Shown here: positions 62,926 through 64,000 of the stretch, one piece after another
Position numbering within the stretch: the stretch's first letter is position 1
How the letters are laid out: every line of letters begins with the position of its first letter
From: Scyliorhinus canicula
Lineage: Eukaryota
Direction of reading: 5' to 3'
Assembly (NCBI RefSeq): GCF_902713615.1
Contig: NC_052157.1
Location: 154,169,004-154,233,003, forward strand
Length of the DNA: 64,000 nt
The notes under the pieces: model-generated
What the model was told of the DNA's origin: nothing
The model's database searches: none
Seen by the model: the letters and a program-made list of their open reading frames with translations, nothing else
Program-made: the position numbers and the translations under genes

Positions 62926-63532
62926 AAAATAGTATTTTTCCCCGAGCAGATAATCAAGCACTCATCGGGTCCCCCGAACTTATGTCCAAAGCCAGCGGCA
63001 GCAAGTCAGAGGAAAATAATCATGGCAGAACTCATTTACTATTTGAATCCAAAAATAACATCCCATTTAATAATCTCCTAAATTCTTTCACAGACTCTCC
63101 AGGACCCAGGGCTTTGAAAATCTGTGTACCACAACACACCAAAATCCGAGTTACTGCGAACCCACCAATCTGCAAGTTCTTTCACTGAGTTCAAGCACAT
63201 TTGCACACAGGATCCTGCTCAAATGGGTTGATCGTCTCTTACCAGGATGACCTGCATGACACGTCAATGCAAAACAATATTTCTCAAAAAATGTTGGATA
63301 ACAAAGTTCCTTTCTTGTACCTCAGAAAGCATTCATGGTTTTACTTTTTATTCAGTCAGCCAGGATGGGCAAATGTAATAAACAAAACAGAGAAAGGAAA
63401 GTACATCAATTTCTTGGGCCAAATACACAAAGAAAATTGCTTTCTTAGCTTGCTGAATGAAACAAATTCCTTTGGATTACACTGGCAACAACATGTATTA
63501 CATATATTATACCAACTCTGCTACTGCATGGA

Positions 63533-64000
63533 GTGGCACAGTAGCACAGCGGTTAGCAACATTGCTTCACAGCTCCAGGGTCCCAGGTTAGATTCCCGGC
63601 TTGGGTCACTGTCTGTGCGGAGTCTGCACATTCTTCCCATGACTGCGTGGGTTTCCTCTGCGTGCTCCGGTTTCCTCCCACAGTCCAAAGATGTGCAAAT
63701 TAGGTGAATTGGCCATGATAAATTGCCCTAGTGTCCACAAAAAAAGGATAAGTGGGGTTACTGGGTTACAAGGATAAGAGTGGAGGTGTGGACTTAAGTA
63801 AGGTGCTCTTTCAGGGCGTGAGCACAATGGCACAGTGCATTGCTGCCTATGGCGCTGAGGACCTGGGTTCAAATCCCAGCTCTGGGTCACTGTCTGTGTG
63901 GAATTTGCACGTTCGCCCAGTGTCTTCAACCCAAAGATGTGCAGGATAGTTGGATTCGCCACGCTAAATTGCCCCTTAATTGGAAAAAATAATTGGGTAC
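63533..64000 (+). mobile_element. V-SINE type A (63533-63817) followed or interrupted by a V-SINE type B (63820 to window end)
   Basis: Two heads in tandem; the second ends ggaaaaaataattgggtac at the window edge. Confidence 0.85.

Noticed and set aside
44740-64000. Search for ULK2 exons 1-3 (GHGAFAVV, VAIKSI, ELQHENIV)
   Set aside because: Not found by eye; presumed to lie beyond position 64000
6028-64000. SINE heads as true tRNA genes
   Set aside because: A and B boxes are present but continue into SINE core and tail sequence, and copies are diverged

Overview
Vertebrate (cartilaginous-fish-like) genomic DNA with no prokaryotic features. The window lies inside one gene, the autophagy kinase ULK2, on the minus strand. 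Twelve GT-AG exons between 44736 and 9655 splice in a consistent reading frame (1028 nt). They encode kinase subdomains IV-XI and the start of the Ser/Pro-rich linker; the first three exons and the 3' half of the gene were not found and presumably lie outside the window. The introns are filled with transposable elements: four G-rich L1-clade LINEs (one full-length with TSD), CR1, L2-like and Rex-Babar fragments, many tRNA-derived V-SINEs, Deu-type SINEs, solo LTRs, a decayed pogo-type DNA transposon, Penelope-like fragments and two 33-bp tandem arrays. Three things stand out. (1) Minimal type I hammerhead ribozyme motifs of Penelope-like origin occur in the large 5' intron, two of them in the sense orientation of the ULK2 pre-mRNA. 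(2) One V-SINE head/core carries three alternative 3' tails whose signatures point to three different LINE partners (CR1, L1, Rex-Babar). (3) A 93-nt Ser-rich symmetric exon sits where mammalian ULK2, as I recall it, has none but ULK1 does. Nearly all long ORFs in the supplied track are TE-derived or repeat artefacts. Repeat boundaries without a stated TSD are approximate, and family names come from motif recognition, not a database search.
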